Below are positions 29,437 through 45,759 of a stretch of 64,000 bases of DNA, in pieces. The notes below the pieces were generated by a model. That model ran no database searches, was not told the DNA's origin, and saw only the letters and a program-made list of their open reading frames with translations. This stretch comes from the human T2T-CHM13v2.0 reference genome, Homo sapiens: the NCBI GenBank assembly GCA_009914755.4, contig CP068257.2:32352001-32416000 (forward strand), given 5' to 3'. The position numbers and the translations under genes are program-made. Each line of letters begins with the position of its first letter. The first letter of the stretch is position 1.

Positions 29437-31129
29437 TAGCTGGCTGCTTCTTTTCATTCATCTCACAGCTTCAATGTCACTGCTTCCAAAGGAAGACCTC
29501 CCTTCTAAGTGGTCTTTCTCATGCCAAAATGACTGTGTACCCCATAACTTATTTTAATGTCTCCATAGCATTTATGACTATTAGAATTCTCTTACATATT
29601 GATGTTTTCTGATTTATTCTCTCTTCCCTTGTCCTCACCCCCTACCACTACATTGTAAACTTTACAAGCCACTCTATATCTCTTAGTGTCACCTTAGTAT
29701 CTCTAGTGCCTAGAGCTTTGACCTGCAGCAGTAGGAGGTCCTGGATTATTAATTGGATTAATCTTGAATTTTCCACTGCACTTAGCTCAGTTCATTCATT
29801 TAACAAAGGATGTTTTTCCTCTAACCAAAATATGGGTAGCAATTTTGGGTGTCCTCTGGAAAAACTTATTCATGGAGAAACTTACAAAAACAAGATACAT
29901 TTGACAGAAATAGCATGGGACTCAATCGGACTCTAGTTTGCATTGGTAAGGGTAAATGTGGGGCCCTGGGCTGTGAAATGTTTGCCAATCAGATTTGAGG
30001 AACTCATAAAAAGTTCAGAATCAGCTTTTGCTTCTGCCCCCTGCTCTACATTCCTCTTGGGTGCCCAGTGGTAAACTGGCAAGAAGCAGCAGCTGAGGGC
30101 ATGGGCAGGATGTTCTGGTCCTGGATCTCTGCCTTGCCCCCACATCCTAACACCACTGGGAAGACAGAAGCTCTCAGCACCTGGCCCAGGTTTCCACTAA
30201 ACCCTGGCAAAGTAACGCAGATGTGGGATGCCAGGGCCACCACACAGGGAGGCAAAGAGACCTTCATTGGAGGAGGCTGCTGCTGCTAGGGGTGTAGAGG
30301 TGAGCCAGGGGCCAGCAGCAGATTGTGCCAGGGGCAGCTGGGAATGGGCTGTGCCTCCACCGAGCCTCAAGCCATCCTCTGATCTCGCTAGTCAGACTTG
30401 ACCACTCTTCCAGATGTGCATGATTCAACCCAACACAGCTGGCAAGGTGGAGGGGCAATATGATGTTTCACTCGTACTAATGTTGTAGCTTCACAGCCTC
30501 TTGGGGTGGTCCATAGGCCCCTCCAAGGTGGCCTTGGGTGGGTGGAAGGAGGGGCAGAGGTTGGCATCCAAATTGCTCCAGACTGAGTCTACTTTCAAGA
30601 TCTATTTTGCACTGGAGATGTAAATTTCCACTTAAAAATGCAAAGTGAGCATTAACACAGAGGCGTGGCTAAAGTTATTTGCTCTGAAAAAGATGCGCAG
30701 ATATTTTTGTGTCTGGTGGGAAAGGAGAGAGTGTCAAAGGATGGACAAAGGCCACCTCTGTGTGAAGGTGGCTTTTGTGATTTTGGCTTAACCAAAAGGT
30801 CCTGGAGATGGAGTGACTTGGATTCTGATTATGGGGGTGTCTGCTGTGTCCCATTCTTCTCATTCAGTTGAATTTAATTCATCAAGGAGGAATCGTGTGC
30901 CTGCTCTGTGCCAGGCACTGTCAGGTGCCGGGAATGCAGCAATGAACAAAATGTAGATCAATTCCTGCCCTCTTGGGCCTTACTACCTGGCAGAAGATAT
31001 AAAAAAGGGCCACTTCCACAGCATTGTGATGACAGTGGGATGTGACCATCCCTTTCCTAGCTAGAACTGGGGATTTGGAGTCCGAAGGCCCAGTTGACGT
31101 TTCTGGCCCTTCAACTTCCAGCTGTTTGA

Positions 31130-31597
<468 letters not shown>

Positions 31598-31839
31598 TAA
31601 GCTTTAGTTTTTTTCAGTTCTCATATGAGGAAATGACATCTGCCATGTCCACTTTGTGAGTTTTTAAAAATGAGAATACAGTGAGATAATCTACCTGAAA
31701 GCTTTTTGTGAGCTCCTAAGGAGACTTTTGAACTGTTATTGGTACTATGATCTCTCACTATCCTCTATAATGTCATGATGCTACTTGTTATCAAAAGCTG
31801 ACAAAAGCTATAAACGTGCACTCTTTGTCATAGTAGCCA

Positions 31840-32400
31840 CTAGCCACATGCAGCCGAAATGGGGCTAACTGGAATTGAGATGTGCTGTGAGGGTAAAATA
31901 CACACTAAACTGTGAATTTAGTAAAAAAAAAAAAAAAAAAAAAGTAAATCTCTTATATTGAATATATTTTTGATCTTTTGGGTTAAATTGAATATATTAT
32001 TTAAAGTAATTTTTTTTTTTGGAGACTAGGTCTTACTCTGTGGCCTAGGCTGAAGTGCAGTGGCGTGATCCTGGCTCACTGCAACCTCAACCTCCTGAGC
32101 TGAAGTGATCCTCCCACCTAAGCCTCCTAGGTAGCTGGGACCACAGGTGTGTGCAACCGAACCCGGCTAAGTTTATTTTTTGTGTGTATTTTTTTGGAGA
32201 GATGGAGTTTCGCCATGTTGCCCAGGCTGGTCTTGAATTTCTGGGCTCAAGCGATCCTCCCACCTCGGCCTCCCAGAATGTTGGGATTACAGCAGGCCTA
32301 GCCTAATTTTGTTAATTTTTAAATGTGGCTACCAGAGAACTTTAAATGAACTATGTGGCTCACATTATGTATTGACTGAACAATGCATCTGTAGAGGCTG
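31840..32400. mobile_element. hAT/MER-like DNA transposon relic split by an Alu (tentative)
   Basis: 'tagtagccactagccacatgcagccgaaatggggctaactggaattgagatgtgctgtgagggtaaaatacacactaaactgtgaatttag' on the left and 'taaatgtggctaccagagaactttaaatgaactatgtggctcacattatgtattgactg' on the right form an inverted 'gccactagccacatg / catgtggctaccag' pair. Confidence 0.35.
32010..32303 (-). mobile_element. Alu SINE
   Basis: 'ggagactaggtcttactctgtggcctaggctgaagtgcagtggcgtgatcctggctcactgcaacctcaacctcctgagctgaagtgatcctcc...ttgggattacagcaggcctagcc'. Confidence 0.85.
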
Positions 32401-33220
32401 TCTTTGGAAGTTTACTATATAACCAAGACCCACGAACACTCATGCAGTTCCCAGGGGTATCATGGACTGCTTAAAGTCCCATCTGTGAAACCCTAACATG
32501 ATGATTTTAAAGGTTACTTTTCATTTACATTCAAAATGTACATAAAGAATGTCCCTGTGAGATTAGATCACTTAAGGGAGAACCATGTCTGTGTTTCACT
32601 ACGCAGAAAATGGTTTCATCGTCTTTGTCCTGAAAGCCACTGCCTGGAAGGGCTGTGCAGCGCTCAGAGTGGGAGAGGCAGACCTCTGAGACAAATGACT
32701 TCAGCATCACTACAGCTGTGGCTAGAATGAGAACAGCCTCAAATTTCACTAATGAAGAGATTTTCTGAGTTCCATGTGAGCAACGCCGCTTCCTTCCCAT
32801 CCCCGAGTGATTCCCCTTGTCAAAGAAAAAAGACACAACCAAAAGGGAGAGCTGCCATCCTTTCAGGTCCCTTCTTGTTCTTCGTCTCACTGAATTCACC
32901 CCTAAATGCTTTGAAGTATTCTCCATGACTGTTTCATCAACTGAGGAAAGGAGGCCCAGAATGGCTTAGAAACTTGCTAACTGGTTTAGAAGAAGAACTG
33001 AGATTCAAATGCTTTGCAGTGTAGGTCTGCTTCTGCCACAAAATGGCAGCCAGGGGAGGAAGGAGAAAGTGAGGAAAGGGGGAAAATTAACACTCGGGCT
33101 TTGTCAGATCTCAGGAGAGGCGGACGCTGGCTAAGCCCCATCGCCTTATCTTTATTTTGTGAGAAGCAAACTGTGGGGTTTGGTTGCAAGAGAAGATCTT
33201 ACTAGGGACCAGTTGCAGGG

Positions 33221-34007
33221 TGTATTAATCAGGGGTTTCCAGAGAAACAGAACTAATAGGATCTATCTGCCTGTCATCTCTCTCTCTCTCTCCTATCTAT
33301 CTATCTATCATCTATCTATCTATCTATCTATCTATCATATAATCTATCATCTATCTATCTATTCATCATCTATTTATCAACTATCATCTCTCATCTATCA
33401 ACTATTTGTTTGCCATCTATTATCTATCTATCATCTATTTATCTATTAATCATCTATTTATTAACTATCAATCTATCATCTGTCATCCGTCAACTATTTA
33501 TCTGTCTATCCATTCTCTATCTATCTGTCTCTCTGTCTGTCAATCAGTCAGTCAATCCATCGCCAGAATTGGCTCACATGATTATGGAGGCTGAGAAGTC
33601 CCACAATCTGATCTACCATCTGAAAGCTGGAGACCCAGGAAAGCTGGTGGTGTAATTCAGTCCTGGGAATGGAGGTGGTGGGAGGATACTGGCGTCAGTT
33701 CCAGACTCTAAAGGCTCGAGAACCAGGAGCTCCAAAGTTCAAGGGCAGGAAAAAATGAATGTCCCAGTTGAAGATGAGAAAACAAATTCACCCTTCCTCT
33801 GCCATTGTGTTCTATTCAGGCCCTCAATGGATGGGATGAGGCCTACACACACTGCTGAGGGCTCTCTTCTTTGCTCAGCCGACCAATTCAAACGCTCATC
33901 TTTTCCAGAAACACCCTCATAGACACACCCAGGAATAATCTTTTACCAGCTATCTGGGCATCCCTTAGCCCAGTCAAGTTGACACATTAAAATTAACCAT
34001 CCTACAG
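33221..34007 (+). mobile_element. ERVL-type solo LTR ('tgtattaatcagg...' family, paralogue of 27213-27668) carrying an expanded internal STR
   Basis: 'tgtattaatcaggggtttccagagaaacagaactaatagg' ... [TATC array] ... 'gaattggctcacatgattatggaggctgagaagtcccacaatctgatctaccatctgaaagctggagacccaggaaagctggtggtgtaattcagtcc...ttctattcaggccctcaatggatgggatgaggcctacacacactgc...cttttaccagctatctgggcatcccttagcccagtcaagttgacacattaaaattaaccatcctacag'. Confidence 0.65.
33262..33562. repeat. Complex (TATC)n/(ATCT)n tetranucleotide STR with TCA/TTTA variant units, about 300 bp
   Basis: 'ctatctatctatcatctatctatctatctatctatctatcatataatctatcatctatctatctattcatcatctatttatc...ctgtctatccattctctatctatctgtctctctgtctgtcaatcagtcagtcaatc'. 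Confidence 0.9.
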
Positions 34008-35149
34008 GGATTTCCTACCGTTTTGGGGAAGCCATCTTTTCATGGCTTCCTTCCAGAGGAAAATTCCTGCTATATGCTTGACAGAAAGAACAAAACCCCA
34101 AACATACAAAAAGACCAGTCTGTGGAATGTAGACAATTTGGGTCAGATGTGGTTCCCTGCCTAGAGGAGCCAGTGAGATGAGCCATTTCCATCCACCAAA
34201 GATGGGCTTGAAATGTGGTCTACCTTTCAACATGGTGCCACTGAGGGCTTCTGAGCTGGCTGTGATCATCTGACAAAACGCTGTGTTGGCCAACTCATAG
34301 AAGAGTTTGCTAGCTGGCCTGGCCCCAAGCAGAAGCAGCAGGTCACTGCCCAAATTCTCCAAGTGGGATGACCAGCGGCTATATAAAGGGCAAACAAACA
34401 AGAAAGCCTTTCTTTCTGAGAATGTTTCCACTGCAGTTAGGTTAGAAAATGATCCAGGGAAGATATAAACTAGCCCTTTCATTTAGCAAAATAAAATGCC
34501 TATCCGCTTGGTAATCTGTGCAGTGGAAGTCAGAGCCAGAGTCTTGTTTTTAAAGATTTTGTTTAATTCACCACCCCCATACCTCCCCTCCCACTGCCTA
34601 GCATCAGGCTGGACAAGAAGAAAAGGGACACTGGCCTGCAGATGCTGCCACGTGACATGTCCTTATAGAATAGCTTCTGTGACATTTGTATTAAGTAACC
34701 ACAGGAAAAAAGGTGAGGTGTTGATGACAGAAGGCATCTGTATTTTCTGGGGTTGGGTTCCAGTTTTAATGAATATGGATAATGCACAAAACATCTCATT
34801 TTTCGGAGCTGTGTTTTTTCATTAAACACTGCCACTCTGCATGGGAAAGGAACTGGACATTCCTGACACATTATTTGGCAGGTCTCAATCGCAAGTGCTC
34901 CAATATTGGCTTTCGGAAACCCATTCCAGATTTGGCCCAGATTGTCAAATCTTGTCCAGAGCACCAAGTCAAAAGGTGCCTCTAAGCCCTGGGCAGAGTG
35001 CCAGGCTCTGAAAAACACTGGCTGGATCTCCTCAGGGACCCTGGCTGAGACAGGCGAGTGATTTGTTCTTCAAATGACCTTTCCCTCCTTGGAAAAGAGC
35101 ACCCGGAATAAAAGTGCAAGATGTGCTTCAGATGTCCCCCAAGAGTTTA

Positions 35150-35597
<448 letters not shown>

Positions 35598-35962
35598 GAA
35601 ACATTTTTTCCCTGTGGTAGGATGTCTGCCCTCAAGCAGTGAACCCAACTACTGTAGAACTGGTGGCACCTGTCCAATTAAAAATGACATTTGCTTTAAG
35701 GTAAAAATATATTATATATTAGGGTTGGGGCTCTGTCTTCTCCTGAGTAGTGTGTCATCCAGCATTTTTCAAAGCATGGTCTGGAGACCCTCCTACATCA
35801 GAATCAGGGGACGTGTTTCAATTACAAATTTCTGACCAAACCACCTACCAAATACGTGGGAACTAGAGCTAAGAATTTTCACTGTACCAAGCTCCAGGAA
35901 ATCCTGATATACCCCAAAGTTTGTGAGCCATTGGATGTAAAAAACCACATACATATATATAA

Positions 35963-36353
<391 letters not shown>

Positions 36354-37575
36354 TAATTGTGTGTCTGTGGTAGTGAAACTTTGAACCACAAAAGACAGGG
36401 ACTACTTTAAGCCTTCGCTTTTGCAGATTGATACGTGTATCTCGTCCTTTTGCAGTTACTTGTCATTATCTGCCCAAGAATAGTATTTCTAAGAAGTTGT
36501 TTCTGTGTATCTTCTGGGGAAGAATTTGTCCTTCAGTTACATGTGATTGCAACATGTTGATAAAAGCAAAAGAAAAGCAATAAAATCATTTGGTTGAATA
36601 TCTCATTTCTTTGAAGCCAAACAGTTTTTGAGTGATAAGAAAGCAATTCAGTGGAACTTACTGTTCAGCATCTTACAGAACAGGATTCATATGTACTTGT
36701 GTATTCACATGCGAATTCATGCACACATTATCACCTAAGAGAGTCTGAGTGTCCTGGTCCTCAAAGTATGTGGTTTTCAGAATTTACACTGTATACAAAT
36801 CTAGAACGACATTTGCTGCCTAAAGGACAATGACGTTAGATCTACACAGCAAGAGTTGAATAGAGCTTTGTTCATCTTCTCACAAATTTGGGTGGATCTA
36901 AATTGCTTATTTTAGGACAATTTAAACTTCCTAGTTTAAAACTTTATGGTTATCTGGTTAACTTAGGTGAAGTCTATTACATTAGACAGCAATGAAAGCA
37001 AATGAGCCACCCGCCAAGTAACAAATGGACCTTTAACCAAATATTCCTAAATATTCCAAATATTCCTAAATCACTACAAAACGCTTCTCTAAAATCCCCA
37101 AAACTGTTCCATCCAGGGACAATATAAAGTCAACAGGACCCTATGAAGATGCCAGTGCTAAACCAAAGTCAGAACATGTTTCTTCTTATGAACAATGGAA
37201 TCTTTTATCCATAACGGGGTCTCTTTTTAGTTTGCCTGGTAAATCTAGAAATACCAGGGTGACCCCCACTGAGACATCATAGTACCCAAAGGAAAATGTT
37301 GCTTCCTTCATTCTGTGACCATAGAGAGTTTAAAAGTGTGTAGCCAAAACTTTTGTTAGTTTTAGAGGAGATGCATCTAATGATTTTGCTGTGGTTGTTA
37401 GGCCAGAAGTTCATTTAGAGTTCATCTATGCCTCTAGATCATTCTCCCAGGTCCTCTTACAACTTCCTGGCTCAATCATAGTGGTAAGGTCCACCTTGTT
37501 CAACTCCCATGTTCCTAAGCAACATTAACTACTATGACGTGAAATCAGGAAGACAATTGCAAAGTGCTTTCAAAA

Positions 37576-37610
37576 TGTGTGTGTGTGTGTGTGTGTTTGT
37601 GTGTGTGTGT
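37576..37610. repeat. (GT)n microsatellite
   Basis: 'gtgtgtgtgtgtgtgtgtttgtgtgtgtgtgt'. Confidence 0.9.
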
Positions 37611-37649
37611 AGGAGAATGAAAAAAAATCAGGTCTTAAGACATTGCAGA

Positions 37650-37954
37650 GGCCAGGCACGGTGGCTCACACCTGTAATCCCAGCACTTTGGGAGGCCGAG
37701 ATGGGCAGATCACCTGAGGTCAGGAGTTCAAGACCAGCCTGGCCAACATGGTGAAACCCCATCTCTAGAAAAATACAAAAATTAGCCAGGCGTGATGATG
37801 GGTACCTGTAATCCCAACCTGCTTGGGAAGCTGAGGTGGGAGAATCGCTTGAACCCGGGCGGTGGAGGTTGCAGTGAGCCAAGATTGTGACATTGCACTC
37901 CAGCCTGGGAGACAGAGCAAGACTCCGTCTCAAAAAAAAAAAAAAAAAAAAAAA
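37650..37954 (+). mobile_element. Alu SINE with 24-nt poly-A tail
   Basis: 'ggccaggcacggtggctcacacctgtaatcccagcactttgggaggccgagatgggcagatcacctgaggtcaggagttcaagaccagcctggccaacatggtgaaacccc...gagacagagcaagactccgtctc' followed by a24. Confidence 0.9.
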
Positions 37955-38077
37955 GACAGCAGAGTTTAACAAGGAAATTGAAATCTACTCTAAGTATTTT
38001 AAAAGAGGGTATTAGAAAACACTCTGCTATGTCTCAGGTGAAACAGAGAGTATTTAATTTAATTTAATGTATTTACT

Positions 38078-38359
38078 TAGAGATAGGGTCTTGTTCTGTC
38101 CTCCAGGTTGGAATGCAGTGGCATAATCACAGCTCACTGCAGCCTTAAAGTCTTGGGTTCAGGTGCTCCTCCTGCCTCAGCATCCTGAGTAGCTGGGATT
38201 ACAGGCAGGCACCACCACACATGGCTAATTTTTATTTTATTTTTTAAGGAGGATATCGCTATGTTGCCCAGCCTGGTCTTGAACTCCTGGGCTCAAGTGA
38301 TCCTTCCATCTCGGCCTCCCAAAGTGTTGAGGTTGCAGGCATGAACCACCGCTTTGGCC
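38078..38359 (-). mobile_element. Alu SINE (AluJ-like, diverged)
   Basis: 'agagatagggtcttgttctgtcctccaggttggaatgcagtggcataatcacagctcactgcagccttaaagtcttgggttcaggtgctcctcc...ggcatgaaccaccgctttggcc'. Confidence 0.85.
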
Positions 38360-38384
38360 AACAGACGGTATTTATGTAACTGCC

Positions 38385-39080
38385 CAAGGGGTTCTCCTTG
38401 CCAGCTGCCTAGACAGAGCCTATTTATCAAGACAGGGGAATTGCAATAGAGAAAGAGTGATTCACGCAGAGTCAGCTATGCGGGAGACCAGAGTTTTATT
38501 ATTACTCAAATCAGTCTCTCCAAGCATTCGTGGAGCAGAGCTTTTAAGGACATCTTGGTGAGTGGGGGCGTGGGAGGCTAGTGAACCAGGAGTGCTGATT
38601 GGTCACAGATGAAATCATAGGGAGTCAAAGCTATCTTTTTGCACTGAGTCAGTAACCTGGGCAGGGGCCACAGGATCAGATGAGCCAGTTTATCAGTCTG
38701 GATGGTGCCGGCTGATCCATCAAGTGCAGAGTCTGCAAAATATCTGAAGCACTGATTTTAGGAGCGGTTTAGGGAGGGTCAGAATCTTGTAACCTCCAGC
38801 TGCATGACTCCTAAATAATTTTTTCTAATCTTGTGGCTAATGTTAGTCCTACAAAGGCAGTCTAGTCCCCAGGCAAGGAGGAGGTCTGCTTTGAGAAAGG
38901 GCTGTTATCATCTTTGTTTTAAACTATAAACTATAAACTGAGTTTCTCCCAAAGTTCATTCAGCCTACACCCAGGAATGAACAAGGACAGCTTGAAGGTT
39001 AGAAGCAAGATGGAGTTGATTGAGTTAGATCTCTTTCACTGTCTCAGTCATAATTTTGCAAAGGCGGTTTCATTTGCTAC
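38385..39080. mobile_element. Unclassified interspersed repeat (LTR-like; recognised as repetitive but family not named)
   Basis: 'ccaaggggttctccttgccagctgcctagacag...gggagaccagagttttattattactcaaatcagtctctccaagcattcgtggagcagagcttttaaggacatcttggtgagtggggg...gggtcagaatcttgtaacctccagctgcatgactcctaaataattttttctaatcttgtggctaatgttagtcctacaaaggcagtctagtccccaggcaaggaggaggtctgctttgagaaagggctgttatcatctttgttttaaactataaac'. I recognise this as a recurrent primate repeat but cannot name it confidently. Confidence 0.35.
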
Positions 39081-39563
39081 AAAGAATTGGTTCAGTGGGT
39101 GATAAAAGTTCTGAGAGGCCAAACAAAGGGCAGTGGAGGAACCCAGAAGTTGGTAACAGCAGGAAGCCACTATGTTTCTAGGCTTGCGAGTCAAAAGGAG
39201 GGGAGGTTGCCAGAGCCAGGAGCTGGGTTACTCAGCACCCACGGTGGGCATGTCTGGGAAGAACTGGAGTCACATGGGATCTGCAGGAGTGGCTGAGATA
39301 CCTGGTGAGGTAGAGAGAGAAGGGGAGAGATCCTCTGGCTTCTCCTTTCTTCCCACTCTTAATCTCCTGACAATGCCCCGCTTAGCCAAACTCACCTGGA
39401 AGCCAGGAAAACACCATCTGCATGGGTCAGCCCCACTGACCAGCACAGGGGAAGAAGCACTGGATCTGACTGGCTCAGTGGTCCATAAGGAATACGGCAG
39501 GACCGACTCCTGGCTGACAAAGGTGGGAGTCATTGAACTAGTGGAATTCTGGCCATCACCTCA

Positions 39564-39850
<287 letters not shown>

Positions 39851-40961
39851 AAAACCACAGATAAGTCACGGGCAGACCTTTATCAGAAACCACCGTGCTT
39901 GACTACCTGGGGCAGTGCTGTGGTTCTGCTGGGGGTTAGAAATGCAACTGGAAGGCCTTTGACGGCCACTAAGAGGGCCACACCTTTCGTTAATTCTCCT
40001 CTAGGATGTTCTTGGGAAACTGAGTTGAAGACTCTTCATGAACTCATATTGGTTCTTCTCAAGGAAGAGCCTCTGCCTATGGAGAGTTGTACTAACTTAT
40101 ACTCTTTAGAGGATATAATGACCTAATATAGGCAAGAAAATATAGTACTTATTATTAGAATAACAATCCATCTATAAAATGCATCTGTTATGGAAACACA
40201 GCTCATGGTGAGAACCGTAAATAGCTTTGTTTTCCATTTTCTATACTGCCTCCCCAACCAATACAGACAGTAATCAATCTGGAATGTCACTTACTTAATG
40301 GTATGATCTGGCCTTTAAAAAAAATAAAAATATAAAAATATAAAATAAAAAATAAAAATTTAATTTCAAAGCAATTTTCGATTTACAGAAGAATTGCAAG
40401 CATAGTAGAGAGAGTTCCCATAGGCCTCACATCCACTGTTTCCTGTTATTAACATCTTATGTAAGTAGAGTCCATTTGTCACAATTAATGAGCCAGGTAC
40501 ATTATCATTAACTAAATTCCACACTTGATTCGTATTTTCTTCAGGTTTTCCTAATGTCGTTTATGTACTGTTTTCTGTTTTAGGATCCCACTGGGGACAC
40601 CACATTACCTTTAATCATGCCTCTTTAGGCTCCTTTTGGTTGTGACAGTTTCTCAGACTTTCTTGGTCTTTGGTGACCTTGACAGTTCCAAGGAACACTG
40701 TCACCTATTTGTTAGAATGCAGAGATGAGATTTGTTTGATGTTTTTCTGTTGATTAGACTGGGGTTATGGAGTTATGGGAAGACCAGAGAGGTGAAGTGT
40801 CATTTTCAGTAAATCATGTCAAGGAATGGGGATTAGAAATGCAACTGGAAGGCCTTTGACAGCCACTAAGAAGGCCACACCACATAACACCTACACGATT
40901 CATCACTGTTGATGTTGACCTTGATGACCTGGCTGAGGTAGTGCCCGTCAGACTTATCTAG

Positions 40962-41617
<656 letters not shown>

Positions 41618-42076
41618 TGGAAGGAAGTCATTTTGAGTGATGCTCTACTTTTTTGAGGAGCAAATATCTACATGATTTATTTGGAATTCCTCTGCACTAG
41701 AGATTGGTCTATTCTTCCCGATTTATTATTTAAATATTTGGTCATTTATTTATATTAGTATTGGACTCATGAATACTTATTTTCTATTTGGGGTTATCAT
41801 TCAATAGTACTTTATTTATTTGTTTTTGCTCAAATGGTTCCTGCTTTGGTCAGTAGGAGTTCTTTCAGTTGGCTCCTTTGTTCATTTGACACACTCCCCA
41901 TCATTGTGGTTTTTTGGTATGCTTAGTTGTTTAGCATGTCATTACTTTGGCACTACAAAATGCCCCAGTCTTAGAATCAGCCATTTCTCCAGGGAGCCCT
42001 GGATAAGCCATTGCTAAAGAATCATTTTAGAAACCAAGATCTAGGTGCTAAATGTGTCCAACCTGGCCCCCCCCCG

Positions 42077-42373
42077 CTTTTTTTTTTTTGAGACAAGATT
42101 TCGCTCTGTTGCCCAAGCTGGAGTGTGGTGGTGCTATCTCGCCTCACCACAACCTCCGCCTCCTGGGCTCAAGCCATTCTTCCACTTCAGCCTCCTGAGT
42201 AGCTGGGACCACAAGTGTGTACCACTACACCTGGCTAATTTTTGTATTTTTTTTGTAGAGACAGGGTTTCTCCATGTTGCCCAGGCTGGTCTTGAACTCC
42301 TGAGCTTAAGCCATCCTCCCATCTCAGCTTCCTGAAGTTCTGGTATTACAGGTGTGAGCCACCATGCGTGGCG
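42077..42373 (-). mobile_element. Alu SINE
   Basis: 'gagacaagatttcgctctgttgcccaagctggagtgtggtggtgctatctcgcctcaccacaacctccgcctcctgggctcaagccattcttcc...ggtgtgagccaccatgcgtggc'. Confidence 0.85.
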
Positions 42374-43546
42374 GCAGCCTGGCCACTTTTAATCTATCCA
42401 TTCATTTACTAAATATACACATTTTCTGAGTCCCGATTTTGGGCAAGACTCTGGGGCAGGCAAGAAAAATGAGGTGCAACTAACTCTATTACTCCATGGT
42501 CCAAGAAGAGGGCTGCCTGCAAGCTATGAATAGAGCTTACAGAGTGTTTAAAGGTGGAAAGAGACTTTGCTCCTGATTCTAGACTTTATCTCCTATCCTC
42601 AAGGTCCATGTCTTGGTAGCTCTGCTCAGATCTACCCTTCCAGAGTCTGTAATATAAGGCTGACCCGAGTTTGAATCCTAGCTCTGCCACTTAGTAGCCA
42701 TGTGATGGAACAAGTGTCTTAACTGCACTGAACCTCAGTTTCCTCATCCTTAAATGGGGGGCAGTGATGCTAAAAGGAAGCCCCTCCAGAAGCCCTGGTG
42801 AAGATGAAAGGGAGGACTTGTGGAATGTCCAGCCCAGTGTCTGCAGAGCCAGGCACAGCAAATGCTGGTGAGCAACAAGGTGACAACAGTCAGTGTTCCT
42901 CTTGGGATATAATTAACTTTGGAGTACCAGCTGATTCCTAGGACAGAGTTGGAGAAGAGGATATAATTAACACGGGTGGTAAAGGCAGAGTCAAGGAAGT
43001 AGCTGTGGAGTGAGCTGATGCCTGGGGTCAAAGACAGGTCTGTCCTGCGGATGACATTTCTCTTGAGAAGTAAACCGTCAGCAATCAGGACCTAGGGGTC
43101 ACCTAGCATTTGGTGGCTCAACACAAGCTCTAGTACCAGGAGGTATGGCATCTGCTACAAAAACAAAATGCAGTCGTCACAATTTGTGCTCATCAAAATG
43201 CATTAGCATAGTTTCTGCCATCAAAACCTGCTTGACATTAAGAAGGGGTCCTCTTGCTAGGGTACCCAACCACAGAGCTGCTCCCTCAGAGGGTGAAAAT
43301 ATGCTTAACACAGGGCTTTCTGTTCTGGAAAGAAAACAGGACTTAAACTGAGCTGCTTCAGAGAGGGTTGAGAGCTTCTTTATGGAGCAGGCAAAGCATG
43401 GATGTCATGAACTTTCCTAACACACTAGGTGAGGGGCAGCCCTACAGCCCTGAGATAGAATGGCTTTTCCATTGGTTTTTCCGATACCCGAGGGAGGGCA
43501 TGACTATCCCCATTGGTGTTTTTCCTTCACTTGAGAAGCATCTAGG

Positions 43547-43728
43547 CCAGTGATTCTCAAAGTGTGGTCCCTGGACCAGCAGCAGCAGTGTCACCTGGGA
43601 ACTTGTTAGAAACACAACTTCTTGGGTTCCATCCCAGATCTACTTAATTAGGAACTCTGGGGCTGGGCATCACTCCTCTTTCCTGCCCACTGCAATCTAT
43701 GTTTTAATAAACACTCCAGGTGAGTGAC
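43547..43728. mobile_element. MER5A-like hAT MITE
   Basis: 'ccagtgattctcaaagtgtggtccctggaccagcagcagcagtgtcacctgggaacttgttagaaacacaacttcttgggttccatcccagatctacttaattaggaactctggggctgggcatcac...ctatgttttaataaacactccaggtga' matches the palindromic MER5 consensus as I remember it. Confidence 0.5.
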
Positions 43729-43755
43729 TAGGATGCCAGCTAAAGTTTAAGAACT

Positions 43756-44547
<792 letters not shown>

Positions 44548-45034
44548 TTATGATGATGTGGAGTAACTGGAACTATCATTGACTGCTGGCAGGAATGCAA
44601 CATGGCAGTGTCACTTTGGAAGACAGTTTGGCAGTTTCTTACAAAACTAAACATATTCTTGCCATGTGGTCCAGCAATGACACTCATTGGTACTTACCCA
44701 AAGGAGTTGAAAATTTGTGTTCATGTTTATAGTAGCTTTATTTTTCATTGCCAAAATTTAGAAGCAACCAAGATGTCCTTCAATAGGCGAATGAATAAAC
44801 AAACTGTGCTATATCCAGATGGTGGAATATTATTCAGCAATAAAAAAGAGCTATTGAGCCATGAAAAGACGCAGAGGAACTGTCATGCACATTGTTAAGT
44901 GAAAGAAGCCCATCTGAAAAGGCTACATACTATATGACTCCAAATATAAGACATTCTGGAAAAGGCAAAATGATGGAGACAGTAAAAAGATCAGTGGTCA
45001 CCAGTGGTTCAGAAGGAGGGAGGGATGAATAAGT

Positions 45035-45759
<725 letters not shown>

